A DNA stretch of 61,401 nt, filler included, from Sanchytrium tribonematis (taxonomy: Eukaryota): the NCBI GenBank assembly GCA_018985235.1. It is 8 parts of 8 records of this genome, joined end to end, with 100 filler letters (N's around TTAATTAATTAA, not from the genome) between each part and the next. Parts side by side here need not be neighbours in the genome. Positions count along the whole stretch, not along the records: positions 33,818 to 55,342 come from JADGIG010000093.1; 7 more parts are not named here. One strand, written 5' to 3'. Position numbers and translations under genes: made by a program. Positions 43,782 through 54,680 of the stretch are shown piece by piece; position 1 is the first letter of the stretch; each line of letters opens with the position of its first letter. A model generated the notes under the pieces. It was given only the letters and a program-made list of their open reading frames with translations, searched no databases and was not told the DNA's origin.

Positions 43782-44219
43782 ATGGAATATAAACTTTTCG
43801 TAGGAAAATTAAAATACTTCTTCATATCTGGTAATAGAATATTGCGGAAGAAATTCGAAGAAGCAGAATTGCAAGATATTTGTGCGAATTTAATAAATGG
43901 CTACGAGAAAGATGGCAAAATAGAGGACTTATTTGAAGAACTTTTTCGAAATCCTTTAAAATTTTCAATCGACAATTCAGTGGCTGTTGTAGAACTAGAG
44001 ATTGGAGAGTTTGAGATATTACTTAGTAGCGAAATTAATATAATTCCTAAATTACTGGATCATATTGTCCAAATTGAAAATGATAACTATATTTTAAGGA
44101 TGAAGGCTGAGAAGTACGAATATATTCTTAGGGATCAAAATTTGCTTAGCAAAAAATACAAACCAGAATCGATTAGTGGCTTTGATTTGAATGAACTTTT
44201 AGACACTATCGATAATTAA
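43782..44219 (+). CDS. Hypothetical protein (head plus coiled coil; weak XLF/XRCC4-like resemblance)
   Basis: 145-aa ORF with stop-linked AATAAA; family assignment is tentative. Confidence 0.45.
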   Translation: MEYKLFVGKLKYFFISGNRILRKKFEEAELQDICANLINGYEKDGKIEDLFEELFRNPLKFSIDNSVAVVELEIGEFEILLSSEINIIPKLLDHIVQIENDNYILRMKAEKYEYILRDQNLLSKKYKPESISGFDLNELLDTIDN

Positions 44220-44254
44220 ATAATAAAACAAATTTAAACATTTTTTTATTGAAA

Positions 44255-44545
44255 TTAATTGTTATCTGATTTTTTGGGATAATTAGCCCCTAAAGCTATT
44301 ATTTGGTCGCATTGGCGTTTAGTATCTAAACAGAGATACCAGTCGCCGTAATTGCATTTAACTTTTGAGGATTCACAAGGGCATTCAACAGGTTTGTCAA
44401 CGCAACTTTTAGTTCCAGGGCATGTGTATCTATCACATCTTTGTTGTTGCCCTTCGAATCCTCCAAATTGAAAACTAGATCCACCACCAAAAAAGTCGCC
44501 ACCTTGAAAGAAAAACTGAGCAAATGAAATTGAGTAAAATATCAT
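44255..44545 (-). CDS. LCL2: Long chronological lifespan protein 2
   Basis: Signal-like start, QFF..GG, CDRYTCPGTKSCVDKPVECPC..KC..C. Confidence 0.8.
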   Translation of the reverse strand: MIFYSISFAQFFFQGGDFFGGGSSFQFGGFEGQQQRCDRYTCPGTKSCVDKPVECPCESSKVKCNYGDWYLCLDTKRQCDQIIALGANYPKKSDNN

Positions 44546-44578
44546 GTTTCAGTTATGTTTGTAATGTTCATTTAAATT

Positions 44579-44983
44579 TTATTGAATCAATTCACGCACT
44601 GGCCAATCTTCATACTCTCCGTTTGGAAGATACCTTCTAATAATTAGTGGAATCACTTTTTCCAGAAGCTCCTTCTCAGCGATTCGTAATGGATCAGTTT
44701 CGCCAGCTGTATCGACCAATACTGGAGCATTCATACTAATTTGCAAAGCGCGAGTTCCTAGAATTCTAGCTCTCTCATATTTAGTCATATAAGGTGTAGT
44801 GGTTTTTTCTTTTGGAATTTCAATTGTATCATCGTCAGCGGATTTTACTAAATTTAAAATGTTAGATAAGTTAGTTCCTTCGAACTCTAAAGGGACTGTG
44901 GGTTCTGGAGCAACAAGAACAGTCTCTTCTACCGGGGCTTCCATCATGTTATAATCAACTTCATCATTGGACACTTCACTCAT
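44579..44983 (-). CDS. RPB6: RNA polymerase I/II/III subunit Rpb6
   Basis: [34 protein letters not shown]; true start probably 44983. Confidence 0.92.
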   Translation of the reverse strand: MSEVSNDEVDYNMMEAPVEETVLVAPEPTVPLEFEGTNLSNILNLVKSADDDTIEIPKEKTTTPYMTKYERARILGTRALQISMNAPVLVDTAGETDPLRIAEKELLEKVIPLIIRRYLPNGEYEDWPVRELIQ

Positions 44984-45005
44984 CCCTGTACTATCTCTCC
45001 TTGTT

Positions 45006-45251
45006 ATGAATAAACAATCTGAATTTCTTAAACCGACCAAATTATTTCTATGGACAAGCACTGGCATTGTCTCAACAATATTTGCTAATGGTATGAGAGG
45101 AAAGCCCGTACTTTCTGGGCCTATGCAATATTTATTCGGAATATCGAGTTGCCTTGCTTTTGGATTTATTTTCGAGTCAGTGGTAGAGAAAGTCACTCAG
45201 AAGCAGAAATTATACGTTGAAGAATTTAGAAAAAATAACATACAACAATAA
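45006..45251 (+). CDS. Complex I 14-kDa (NDUFC2/B14.5b-like) subunit
   Basis: [20 protein letters not shown] two-TM pattern typical of the fungal subunit. Confidence 0.6.
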   Translation: MNKQSEFLKPTKLFLWTSTGIVSTIFANGMRGKPVLSGPMQYLFGISSCLAFGFIFESVVEKVTQKQKLYVEEFRKNNIQQ

Positions 45252-45271
45252 ATATCTTCTCCTTGAGCTCA

Positions 45272-48068
45272 ATGCCACTCGTATCTCCAAACGAAATCAT
45301 CAAATTACAACAAGTGACTAATAATATAAGAAACATATCTTTGTTTGCTCATGTAGATCATGGCAAAAGTAGTTTGGCGGATCACCTTATAGCTTCAAAT
45401 GGAGTATTTCATTCTAAAATGGCTAGCAAAATGCGATACCTTGACTTCAGAGAAGATGAAGTTGAAAAAGGCATTACCATGAAGTCCGCAGGCATATCTC
45501 TTATTTATGATTATATTAGTAATGAAAATAACCTTGAACGATACGTTTTTCATTTAATTGACAATCCTGGGCATTTAGATTTTATTCAAGAAACATTTTT
45601 AACTGCTTATTTGGCTGACGGTGCTGTTTTCTTAGTGGACGTTGTGGAAGGACTCACTTTATCTGCAAGAGGAATGCTCATGAAAATCTTGGATAACGGG
45701 ATTCCTCTTGTATTGGTTTTCAACAAAATGGATAGATTGATAATTGAGAAAAAGCTAACTCCAAATGAGGCATATGAAGTTCTATTGGCTCACCTTTCAA
45801 AAATCAACGACGCAGTTCTTGAATGGTATAAAGTGAATTCATTTGGTGCGGCCGATCCATTAGAAACTGATTGGTTTTCGGATTTTTTTCACCCTTTGAA
45901 GGGAAATGTTGTTTTTGCATCGGCATCCGATGGCTGGGCTTTTAGACCGTCAAATTTTGCGAAGCTTTATAGCCAATTATGGAATATTCCATACTCAAAA
46001 TTGCACAACATGTTGTGGGGAGCATTTTATCCAAATAAAGATGCGGAAGAAAAGGCTTCTCAGCTAAGCAAGTTGCCTCCCACTCTTTTAAGAAAAGCAA
46101 GAGAAGGAAAGTTATCATACTGTTCTGTGGAATGGATGTTTAAACCAATATGGATGATTTACTCTTCAGCTGGATCTGATGTCTTACCTGAAATGTCAAT
46201 TTCTTTAGAATCAATTTTAGCAAAGTTAAATATAAACCTTAACGGTAGAGATAAGACTCAGGTTTTTGGAAACAACAAAAATGTTTCGGTTAAGGATCGT
46301 GTCAATACTATATTTCGATATTGGTTACCACTAAGTAGATGCATTCTAGACACATCTGTAGAATGTTTTCCTGATCCAAACTTGTCATCTCGCTATCGAT
46401 TGCACAAGGTAATCGACAAAGGTAGTAAGTTTTCGAATTTATGGTTTGGTTGGAAATGGGGTTTATTAATTTATCCATCGAAAAGATTTGGGGGGCCAAT
46501 GCAAAATCTTACTCAAAAGTGGTCTTCTTCTCCTCCTTGGTGCAGCAGTTATAAAGGCGGATGGCAGAACTATGTATTTCATTCGATAATAGAAGAAGAT
46601 CAGGTGTTAGCATTTTGCTGCAAATTGATAACTTGCGATGAGAAGGACCTGATTCGTCCTGAGATTAATCTGCAATTATTAGAAGCAGAAATGGCCTTGA
46701 ACGAAAACAGCACAAATTCTACCAACTCTATCATTTTGGGAATTGTCCGGATGTATTCAGGTTACTTAAAACAAAATTCAGAAGCTTTTGTTACATTGTC
46801 AAAATCCAACATCGTACACAAAGTCAAAATCAAGAGCGTTTTTATCTTGATGGGTAGAGGCTATGCTCAAGTGCCTTTGCTTTATCCTGGTTCAATTGGG
46901 GCCATAGAATTTGAACCTGTTGAATCAATTGGTATGCAAATGTTTAAAATTTTCACACTCTCAAATTTGAAATCGGTTCCAAATTTAAGCTGTCATTCAG
47001 AAGAAGAAGAAAATGCATTGATTAAGGTTGCGTTAGAGCCAGAGGATCCTCGTCGCTATGAGGAATTTCAAAAGTCTCTAGAATGGCTCAACACAATTGA
47101 CCCAGCCATCGAAATAGAGCATTTGAATAGCGGAGAACATGTTTTAGTCTGTGCTGGAGAACTCCATCTTGAGAGATGTTTACATGACCTCAAATCATAT
47201 TCCAAAATGGGTATACAAACTTCAGAACCACTTGTACCATTTCGAGAATGCATTTTATCATCAAGTTCTTTTAAATGGACCACAGACGCTTTTGTCATAA
47301 CTATTGAATGTTTTCCTATTACAGATATTTCGTGGAAAGATGATGTTCCTTTCAAAACAGAGCAGAGTCTGAAGATTTTGACTCAGAGTTCTAAAAAGAT
47401 GGACACGTTTCTTTTGAGCGATTTAGATTTTGATTGCGGCTTCTTATCTGAATTAAAAATGGGGTTTCAACTCGCTGCGGCTAATGGACCACTCTGCGCC
47501 GAACCTTTAATGGGTGCAGCGTTTTTGGTAAAAGAAATTATAACGACTGCCTTAATCGATAATTACTCGAAGTATGTCACTTCATTCAAGGAAATGTTTT
47601 TGAAAGCTGTATTAAATTCTAGTCCTAGAATTGCCCTAGCTGTCTACGAAGTAGATATTGAAACCCTTCCAGAAAGTATTGGAAAGGTATATCAAGTCGT
47701 GTCCAAAAGAAAAGGTTGGGTATTGTCGGAGAAAATGATGGATGGATCTAATTATTTTACAATTAAAGCAGTGATTCCAGTTATTGAAAGTATTGGAGTT
47801 TCTGATGGTATTTCATTTTAATGTAGAAATCAGGAAGAAAACTTCCGGGGCTGCACATCCTCAATTATTTTTCACTGGGTTTCACCTATTAGAAGAGGAT
47901 CCGTTTTGGAAGCCAACCACTGCGGAAGAACTAGAGGACTTTGGAGATACATCAGATAAAGAGAATATGGCTCTCAAATATATTAATAGGGTCCGGAAAA
48001 GGAAGGGTCTTGACAAGGAACGTGATATAACAGACGGAGAAAAGTTATCTGGATCAAAAAGACAATGA
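45272..48068 (+). CDS. EFL1: Ribosome maturation GTPase Efl1/Ria1 (exons 45272-47807, 47827-48068)
   Basis: AHVDHGKS, RYLDFREDE, NKMDRL, GELHLERCL; SDE-IRKKTSGAAHPQL..EDPFW after splicing. Confidence 0.9.
47808..47826 (+). other. 19-nt spliceosomal intron
   Basis: gtatttcattttaatgtag; restores EIRKKTSG. Confidence 0.92.
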
Positions 48069-48352
48069 TAAAGACTTCAAAACGATCACTCAAGTTAGTT
48101 AGCGAGCAAGCAAAGTCATTTTATGATCATATTGTCATGGGATCAGCACAAAATCTTGGATCTTTTCAGCTCAGATCAAAGGAAGACGAGAAGCAGCAGA
48201 ATGATCTGTTGAAAAAAAGATATGAGGTAATGAAAAATGCCATGGATTTATTAGAAACCAATTTTCCTTGGCATTACAAAGAAGCAATGAAGTCAAAACC
48301 GAGGGAAGACTTAATTTTTCCAAAAACGCTACGTGCACCTTTTGAGGACTAG
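48065..48352 (+). CDS. Probable mitoribosomal protein mL40 (yeast Mrpl28-like), reduced
   Basis: LKKRYEVMKNAMDLL..YKEAM..FPKTLRAP pattern. Confidence 0.55.
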   Translation: MIKTSKRSLKLVSEQAKSFYDHIVMGSAQNLGSFQLRSKEDEKQQNDLLKKRYEVMKNAMDLLETNFPWHYKEAMKSKPREDLIFPKTLRAPFED

Positions 48353-48456
48353 AGAAATAAAATATGATAATTGCTCCCTGAATTCATAAGGATATTAAAT
48401 TTTATTAATCTTTCGAATTTAATCGCTAAATATCAAGCTTCGAGTTGAAACGATCC

Positions 48457-50265
48457 ATGTCTTTTTTGTTTAAGAGTTGGTCGACACAGGTAGGCGAAAA
48501 GATATCATCTTGTGGTACTCTAGACCTTCATAGATACAAGGATGGATATATTTTTGTTCCACAAAACAAAGAATTTATAGATAATATAATTAAACGAATT
48601 AAAACTCTAAAAATACCTGGTATTTTAAATTGCAAAGTCGAAAATGATCAAATTTTAGTATCTGAACTGACTCCATTGAGTAAGATGCATCTTTCTCAAG
48701 AACTTTTAATTTTAGGAGTTCATCAATTATACAAAACTTTGAGATTTTTACATACTCAGAATCTAGTACATGGAAACTTATCAGAAGATTCTATATTTGT
48801 TGTGAATGGAGAATTTAAACTTTTTGGGCTAGACCTATGTTCTCCAATATCAAGCAATTTGTTATACAAGTCGAATTTGCTAAAAATTTCCACAATATAT
48901 CCTGCAAATCCAGACCCATCTTCGATAGATGCGATATTGCTTTATAAGCTTTGTGCACAATTGGGATTAGAGTCACTTGTAACCCAACAAACATTAATGA
49001 GGTGGCCGGAGATTCTATTTGATCATTGGTTAATAAGTTTGAGTGAAGGTCTCTCTAATTTTACTATCCTCAATCCTCTGGAAAGACAAAAGGTCTTGGA
49101 AGTTATATCGAGAAACAAAAACAACCTTCCAAAAGATCTGACTTTAAAAATAGTCGCAGACCTTATAAATGCGTACTTATTTGCGAATGGAGGAAAACAT
49201 GTTCTAATGATTATGATCTCAATTTTGCCAAATCTTAGTCCAACAAACACGTTGAATGACCGGGTATTTGATTTGTTTTCAGCCAAAGATGTTGATGATC
49301 GAATCATTGTTTTAGAACATATAGGCGAATTTAAAGTATTTCTAAATGAACAGTTGTGCGAAAAAATTTTGAAAATTTTTAGTGCTGATATTAACAATGG
49401 CAATCCAAAATATAGAGAATTTAGCATGAGATCTCTGGTAACCATCAGCGAATTTGTATCTCAGAAATTGAGAGACAACGAATTAATAAGATTGGTCACT
49501 CAATATCAACTAGACCCAGAACCTATAATTCGGACCAATAGTGCAATAGGACTTGGGAAAATCGCGCCGAATTTGAGTTCAGATGTAAGAAAAAGAATAG
49601 TACCTGTTAGTATTATGCGGGGGCTGAGAGATCCATTTCCTCCATGTAGAGCTGCAAACTTGACTGCTCTATCCGCCTTATCCGTGGATATGTCTGAGGA
49701 ATTGTGCGCAACGCAATTACTACCTATTGTAGCCCCTCAGACTGTAGATAAAGATAGATTAGTTAGAGATCAAGCTCTCAAGTGTCTTGATTCGTTAGTA
49801 AAGAGAATTAAAGAATTTAATCCTCCATCTCCAGACGAAAAACCTTACTTGCCAGAAGAGTCCACGTCTTGGGGGTTTTCAATTTCTAAATATGTAGGCT
49901 CTTCTACAACAGCTAAACCAACTAATACACCTCTGGCAGAAAACTTGGTGGCACAGGAAACTCAACTTACACCTGCTTCTAAACCAATTAAAAGTGAGTC
50001 ATTGCAAACAATTCGCCCCAATAATTCAAATTCGATGAAATTGGACGTAAAGCCTTCTATCAATGACTGGAATCTGGACTGGGAAGATGAATCTGAGTCT
50101 ACAAAGCCTTTAAAAATCGATAATCTAACATTTTCACAAGCTTCAGAGTGGCAGAACACGTCATGGGATGATAATGTACTTGAATCTGTTCCAGTACAAC
50201 AGCCGCCGACAGCCATGAGATTGAATGACGCTGCTCCAAAAACTGATTGGGATGCAGATTGGTAA
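48457..50265 (+). CDS. SCY1-like pseudokinase (Cex1/SCYL1)
   Basis: IKTLKIPGIL, VHGNL..SIFV, HEAT repeats (IRTNSAIGLGKIA, LRDPFPPCR), DW-rich tail. Confidence 0.8.
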   Translation: MSFLFKSWSTQVGEKISSCGTLDLHRYKDGYIFVPQNKEFIDNIIKRIKTLKIPGILNCKVENDQILVSELTPLSKMHLSQELLILGVHQLYKTLRFLHTQNLVHGNLSEDSIFVVNGEFKLFGLDLCSPISSNLLYKSNLLKISTIYPANPDPSSIDAILLYKLCAQLGLESLVTQQTLMRWPEILFDHWLISLSEGLSNFTILNPLERQKVLEVISRNKNNLPKDLTLKIVADLINAYLFANGGKHVLMIMISILPNLSPTNTLNDRVFDLFSAKDVDDRIIVLEHIGEFKVFLNEQLCEKILKIFSADINNGNPKYREFSMRSLVTISEFVSQKLRDNELIRLVTQYQLDPEPIIRTNSAIGLGKIAPNLSSDVRKRIVPVSIMRGLRDPFPPCRAANLTALSALSVDMSEELCATQLLPIVAPQTVDKDRLVRDQALKCLDSLVKRIKEFNPPSPDEKPYLPEESTSWGFSISKYVGSSTTAKPTNTPLAENLVAQETQLTPASKPIKSESLQTIRPNNSNSMKLDVKPSINDWNLDWEDESESTKPLKIDNLTFSQASEWQNTSWDDNVLESVPVQQPPTAMRLNDAAPKTDWDADW

Positions 50266-50486
50266 TAGTGGCTTTGATGAATAGCGATGATGAGTATCTT
50301 TTTCTTCTTCAAAGTGTCATCATAAAACAACAAATATTGCGTGTGATAATAGAGATTGATGAAAGTTAATAAATTTCGTTATCATTTAAGTCCAGATGAA
50401 CGATCAAAACTGGCTTTGGTTCAAAGTTAATTCTTAGATCAAAAATTTCGAGGCTCGATATGAGAAATCAGCGAGAACTTATAAAT

Positions 50487-50798
50487 TTATTGAATTGTCA
50501 ATTGTTGTCCATGTGATTGACCGACCAAATCTGAGGCAGCTTGTGATGCGTGACTTGAAGACGACAAGCTGGTAAATAATTTCTGCAAAAGCATCATCTT
50601 TAGCAGAGATTGAAATAACTTAGAGACATCTGGGCGATGCGGTGCATGAGATGCAGATTGTACGTGATGCTCTTCACCACAAGGCATACTTTCTTCACTT
50701 TCCTTTTGTGGTCTTACGACTCCAAATTTGATGACTCTGACTCTCAAGAATACTGGAGCTGCGTTTGCAAAAGCGAAAAGTAAGACTAGAAATTTCAT
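50487..50798 (-). CDS. Small secreted hypothetical protein
   Basis: Signal peptide MKFLVLLFAFANA-AP; start-proximal motif present. Confidence 0.55.
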   Translation of the reverse strand: MKFLVLLFAFANAAPVFLRVRVIKFGVVRPQKESEESMPCGEEHHVQSASHAPHRPDVSKLFQSLLKMMLLQKLFTSLSSSSHASQAASDLVGQSHGQQLTIQ

Positions 50799-50882
50799 GG
50801 ATATCCCCTCGGGTGAATCGTTCCTTTAAAAAAAAATTTCTCTGTTGGCCAATCAAAGTTTCTAAAAATCCTGCAATAGATT

Positions 50883-51727
50883 TTATTCATCATGATTCAA
50901 TTTCTTTCTCTTTTTAGACGGCCGGGAAACTTTTTCACCTGAATCCTCAGATGCTGCATCGCTCACCTGCTTCTTATCTTCGTCTGAATCTGAAAAAGCA
51001 TGTGAGACTTTTTGAAGCATTTTATCGAAGGTTTGCAAAAAAGAAGTTTTCAATGAATTTCCAAAGTTCTCAATGACGTGACTAAATTCTTCTACTTGTA
51101 GCTGCTTCTCTTTGAAAAAAGAGACATTAAGTTCTTGTCTTGAGGCACCACGCTTCATATTTCTTTTGATATATTCATCATAATCTCTTACAATTCGAGA
51201 GATAAGATCAGATGTACTGACACCTTCATTATGAAATAATACCTTCGGTCCGTTGCGTGGGTAAAAATTTTCCTAATTTTTTGAGATGTCCGTAGACGTC
51301 GTCAACTCCAGCAGAATTGTAAGGGATGTCATCGTGGGCTACCAAATCGATTTTATGCTTAGCTAGAAATGCATCGTTAATTATCCAAGGCCCGATTACG
51401 ACCTCGTCTACCCATTTACAATGCCGCACTGCTACATGAATAATTTTGACCTTCCAAACGTTCGTCCTCATTCATAACCGTTTTGCCTTTATGCTCATGG
51501 GTATCTTTATCACTACATACTCCGACTATAAGGGTTGTATTCGGAAAGGCTTTCTTAACCTGTTCCAATTGCCTGGCATGTCCAAGATGGAACAAATCGT
51601 AGACGCCATCAGAATAAATTCGTACTGGTCTATCCTCTGGAATTTCAATAAGTTTATATAATGGCGAGGGCTTGATTTTCGGAACTGGTGGGAACTTCAC
51701 TTTGCCATTGGATGTTTTTGTTGACAT
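50883..51727 (-). CDS. PCT1: Choline-phosphate cytidylyltransferase (exons 51727-51451, 51431-51243, 51223-50883)
   Basis: [18 protein letters not shown]; spliced [13 protein letters not shown] and [20 protein letters not shown]. Confidence 0.92.
51224..51242 (-). other. 19-nt spliceosomal intron
   Basis: gtattatttcataatgaag; restores RTEGVSTS. Confidence 0.93.
51432..51450 (-). other. 19-nt spliceosomal intron
   Basis: gtcaaaattattcatgtag; restores [10 protein letters not shown]. Confidence 0.93.
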
Positions 51728-51907
51728 TAGAAGGGGAATTGAATTAGTTTTTCAGATTGCAATAGACTTTAACATCTGCAAGTCTAATCTTAATTTTTCA
51801 TTGTACAAAAGCATATGTCAATCAAAAACTCAAGCTAAGCTCTCTTCTCACACAATTTTTAGGTCTCCAATTTTTTTGCAGACAAAGGCATTGTGAAGAT
51901 TAATTTT

Positions 51908-52870
51908 TTATTCATACTGAATTAATGAACTAAAGATTTCGCCTAACTCATCAACACAAACAATGCCACAGAAATTTTCAACTTGCAAATCACCAACACA
52001 ATCTAAATTTTTCATTTCTTGGCTGCTGACTTGCATTCGAGTTGCATCAACAGTATATTCTTTGGAACCTTTTGTCACAAGAAATGAGCCCGAAGATGGT
52101 ATACTTGTGTCAAAGGAGTAGTAAATACCCTTGTCAGATAAACAATGGATGGTCGGGAATGTTACAACTAATGAAGTAATTGCTTCATTTTCCAAATTCG
52201 TATTGATGCTCTCGACTAAAGAATATTGGGAATTTTTCTTAATAATCAATATTCTTCCTTGCTTATTAGAGAGATAAACTTGATCGCCATAAATGTCAAG
52301 AGCCAGAATGTCACTATCCAAGGGTACTAACTCTAATTGAAAACCCAGAAGAGAAACCTTTCCAATGTAGCCTGCAATTGTGGCAAAATACAGATAGCCC
52401 TCAGAGTATTTAAAGGTTCGCTTTACAATAGAGCTCGGAAGAATAATAAACGACTTAAATTCAAAGCCCTTAGATTCAAATCCAAAAAAGTGGATGGAAG
52501 CATCAGAGCAACCTATGCAGAGAATGCTCGATTCAAAAAGCATGGTAATGACGTGTGGAGGTCTTGATTTCTCGTCTGTATGAACATTAATTTCTGCAAC
52601 AAAGTTGAGCTGAGTGGCATCATAAATTAGTACCCGTTTTTTCAGACCTAGAAATACGAAATCTGAACTGTATAGTAACGAGTATACTTTTTCGGGTATT
52701 TCTATAGCATCAGTGTATATCAAATCTGAATTTTCTGATATCACGGATGAATATTTGTTAATTATGGAAAATTCCTTAAGTTGTTGGGTAAGTTTTGATT
52801 TACAAACTAAGAGATTACACCGATTGTTATTGTGGGGCGGCAATTGAAAACAGCAGATATTTGTGGCCAT
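51908..52870 (-). CDS. Degenerate WD40/beta-propeller protein
   Basis: ITMLFESSILCIGCSDASIHFF-type repeats. Confidence 0.5.
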   Translation of the reverse strand: MATNICCFQLPPHNNNRCNLLVCKSKLTQQLKEFSIINKYSSVISENSDLIYTDAIEIPEKVYSLLYSSDFVFLGLKKRVLIYDATQLNFVAEINVHTDEKSRPPHVITMLFESSILCIGCSDASIHFFGFESKGFEFKSFIILPSSIVKRTFKYSEGYLYFATIAGYIGKVSLLGFQLELVPLDSDILALDIYGDQVYLSNKQGRILIIKKNSQYSLVESINTNLENEAITSLVVTFPTIHCLSDKGIYYSFDTSIPSSGSFLVTKGSKEYTVDATRMQVSSQEMKNLDCVGDLQVENFCGIVCVDELGEIFSSLIQYE

Positions 52871-52889
52871 TTGATTTCAAGGAGATTAT

Positions 52890-54099
52890 TTATTCTGAGT
52901 ATTCTGATCCAGACAGCAGATCATTAATAATATCTAAATTAAACTTAAATGTTTTGGAATTGTTTTGTACATCCAAATCAGGATTTTCGTCGTCCGAATT
53001 TGGGATTGGCGATTGCTTTAAAATTTTAAGCAAATCTGAAACATCAGCCTTGGGCTTCGGTTTTTCTACTCTAATTTTTGGCATTGATTTTGAATCCGCC
53101 AATTCTTGCGTGCCTTTTAGTATGCTCATTAAGCTTTTTTGATGTGCAACTGGAACGTCTTTCTTTTGAATATTTTCTTTTGATTTTTTTGCAATCGAGG
53201 TCTGGTCATCTAACATTAATTCTGTATAATCGTAATATGGTTTCAGTACTTCTTCCTCGGGCTTATGCTTTAACAAAGATAAAATTGTGGCAGCTGCGTC
53301 TTCTTCAAATCTTTCTTGCTCCTCTTCTGGCTCAAGCGTGCTTACAATATCTTGCGTAGGTACATTTGCGGACTTTTTAAGTTTGTTTATAAATCTTCTG
53401 ACTTGAGGCATAAATGGTACAACATTGAAATATCGAGTCCTGTCAGGATGTTTTTTGTGGTCGGTCGTAAAGCCGGGAATCGATTTGAGAGGTCTCCATT
53501 CAATTTTCTAAATGAGATTATAGTACTGAAATTTCTTTTCTGGTTTTGGTTTCGAAGGGATAATTCTCTGGCACATTTCCGGCATAGTACAGTCGAATAA
53601 CTTGATGCTGAACTCTTACTTCGACAAATTTAGCTTCTTTCTTTTTGGTATATATTAAATAAGGATACATATCAAAGCCAGTCTCTTCTTCAACTTCCCG
53701 GATAGCGCAGTCAACTGGTTTTTCTTCCGAATTGATTTTCCCACGAGGAAAAGACCAAGTGTTGCCTTTCCAACCACGAACTAGCAAGACTTTGTCTAGC
53801 GAGTCATTTAGAATAATTCCTCCGCAAACTGGCACTCGCAACTTGTATTTTATAAATTCTTTAAAGGCTCGCTCATGTTGCTGTGCCCAGTTATGTAAAA
53901 ATGGTAGATGCTCAAAAAATAACGATACAAATTCTTTTAAACTAAATTTTGGCAAACCAGCCTGTTGTTCCCGTACAAAATCTTCATAAAACCAGTGAGC
54001 TTGCTCAAGCTGGAAGCATAGTCTTTCAACTTTGGTTATTTCTGATTCAGGGAGATTAATTATAAATCTAGCACTTAAATCATCCAAGATTTGTTCCAT
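52890..54099 (-). CDS. DCP2: mRNA decapping enzyme Dcp2 (exons 54099-53527, 53507-52890)
   Basis: Box A LDDLSARFIIN..EQAHWFYEDF; Nudix GK..CAIREVEEETG; TRKEIS-KIEW after splicing. Confidence 0.92.
53508..53526 (-). other. 19-nt spliceosomal intron
   Basis: gtactataatctcatttag; restores KEISKIEW. Confidence 0.93.
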
Positions 54100-54141
54100 A
54101 CTGAAACCCCTTTATTGCTATAATTAATTTATTTCTCTTAT

Positions 54142-54660
54142 TCATTCTGACACGAACACCAAATAAATCGCTGGTAGCTCTAATTCAAAAGCTATGCCGT
54201 TTTCTTTAGCAGTAAGATCCAAATCCAGATATCTATTTGCGTATTTGACTGCCAATCTTGAAAGATCATATTCTTTCAAAATAAATTTGACAGTGTGTTC
54301 ATCAGCAATTAGTTTGACTTCTGACTGACCACTTAGAGTATTTAAAACCTTGATATATCTTTCTGATTTTGAAATAGCACCGATTGGCTCGATTTTAGTC
54401 CACCATTTTTCCTCTAGATTGTATGCAGGCAATGGCACTCCATCTATCATTTCAGTAAGAACTCCATTGTATGGGTTGTAATGCTGTTTTAACTCTCCAT
54501 TTCTGTTAAACAGGTGTGAGCAGTCTTTCCCTAAATATTTTCTCATTACCATGCCAAGAATTGGGCATCGAAATTTATCCTTTACATCATAGACTTTATT
54601 GTTCCAGACAATTAAATCATCTTTTGAATTTTCCATACTTGAAATCGTGTAAAACATCAA
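54142..54660 (-). CDS. CYB5D1: Cytochrome b5 domain-containing protein 1-like (ciliary radial-spoke associated)
   Basis: KVYDV..GKDCSHLF..NPYNG..WW..IG.ISKSERYIKVLNTL..LDLDLTAKENGI..PAIYL. Confidence 0.7.
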   Translation of the reverse strand: MMFYTISSMENSKDDLIVWNNKVYDVKDKFRCPILGMVMRKYLGKDCSHLFNRNGELKQHYNPYNGVLTEMIDGVPLPAYNLEEKWWTKIEPIGAISKSERYIKVLNTLSGQSEVKLIADEHTVKFILKEYDLSRLAVKYANRYLDLDLTAKENGIAFELELPAIYLVFVSE

Positions 54661-54680
54661 TGGCCAAATCTAAAGAAATT

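Noticed and set aside
44984..45196. N-terminal extension of RPB6 in the ORF track
   Set aside because: It is the antisense of the complex I subunit gene; RPB6-like acidic sequence begins at 44983.
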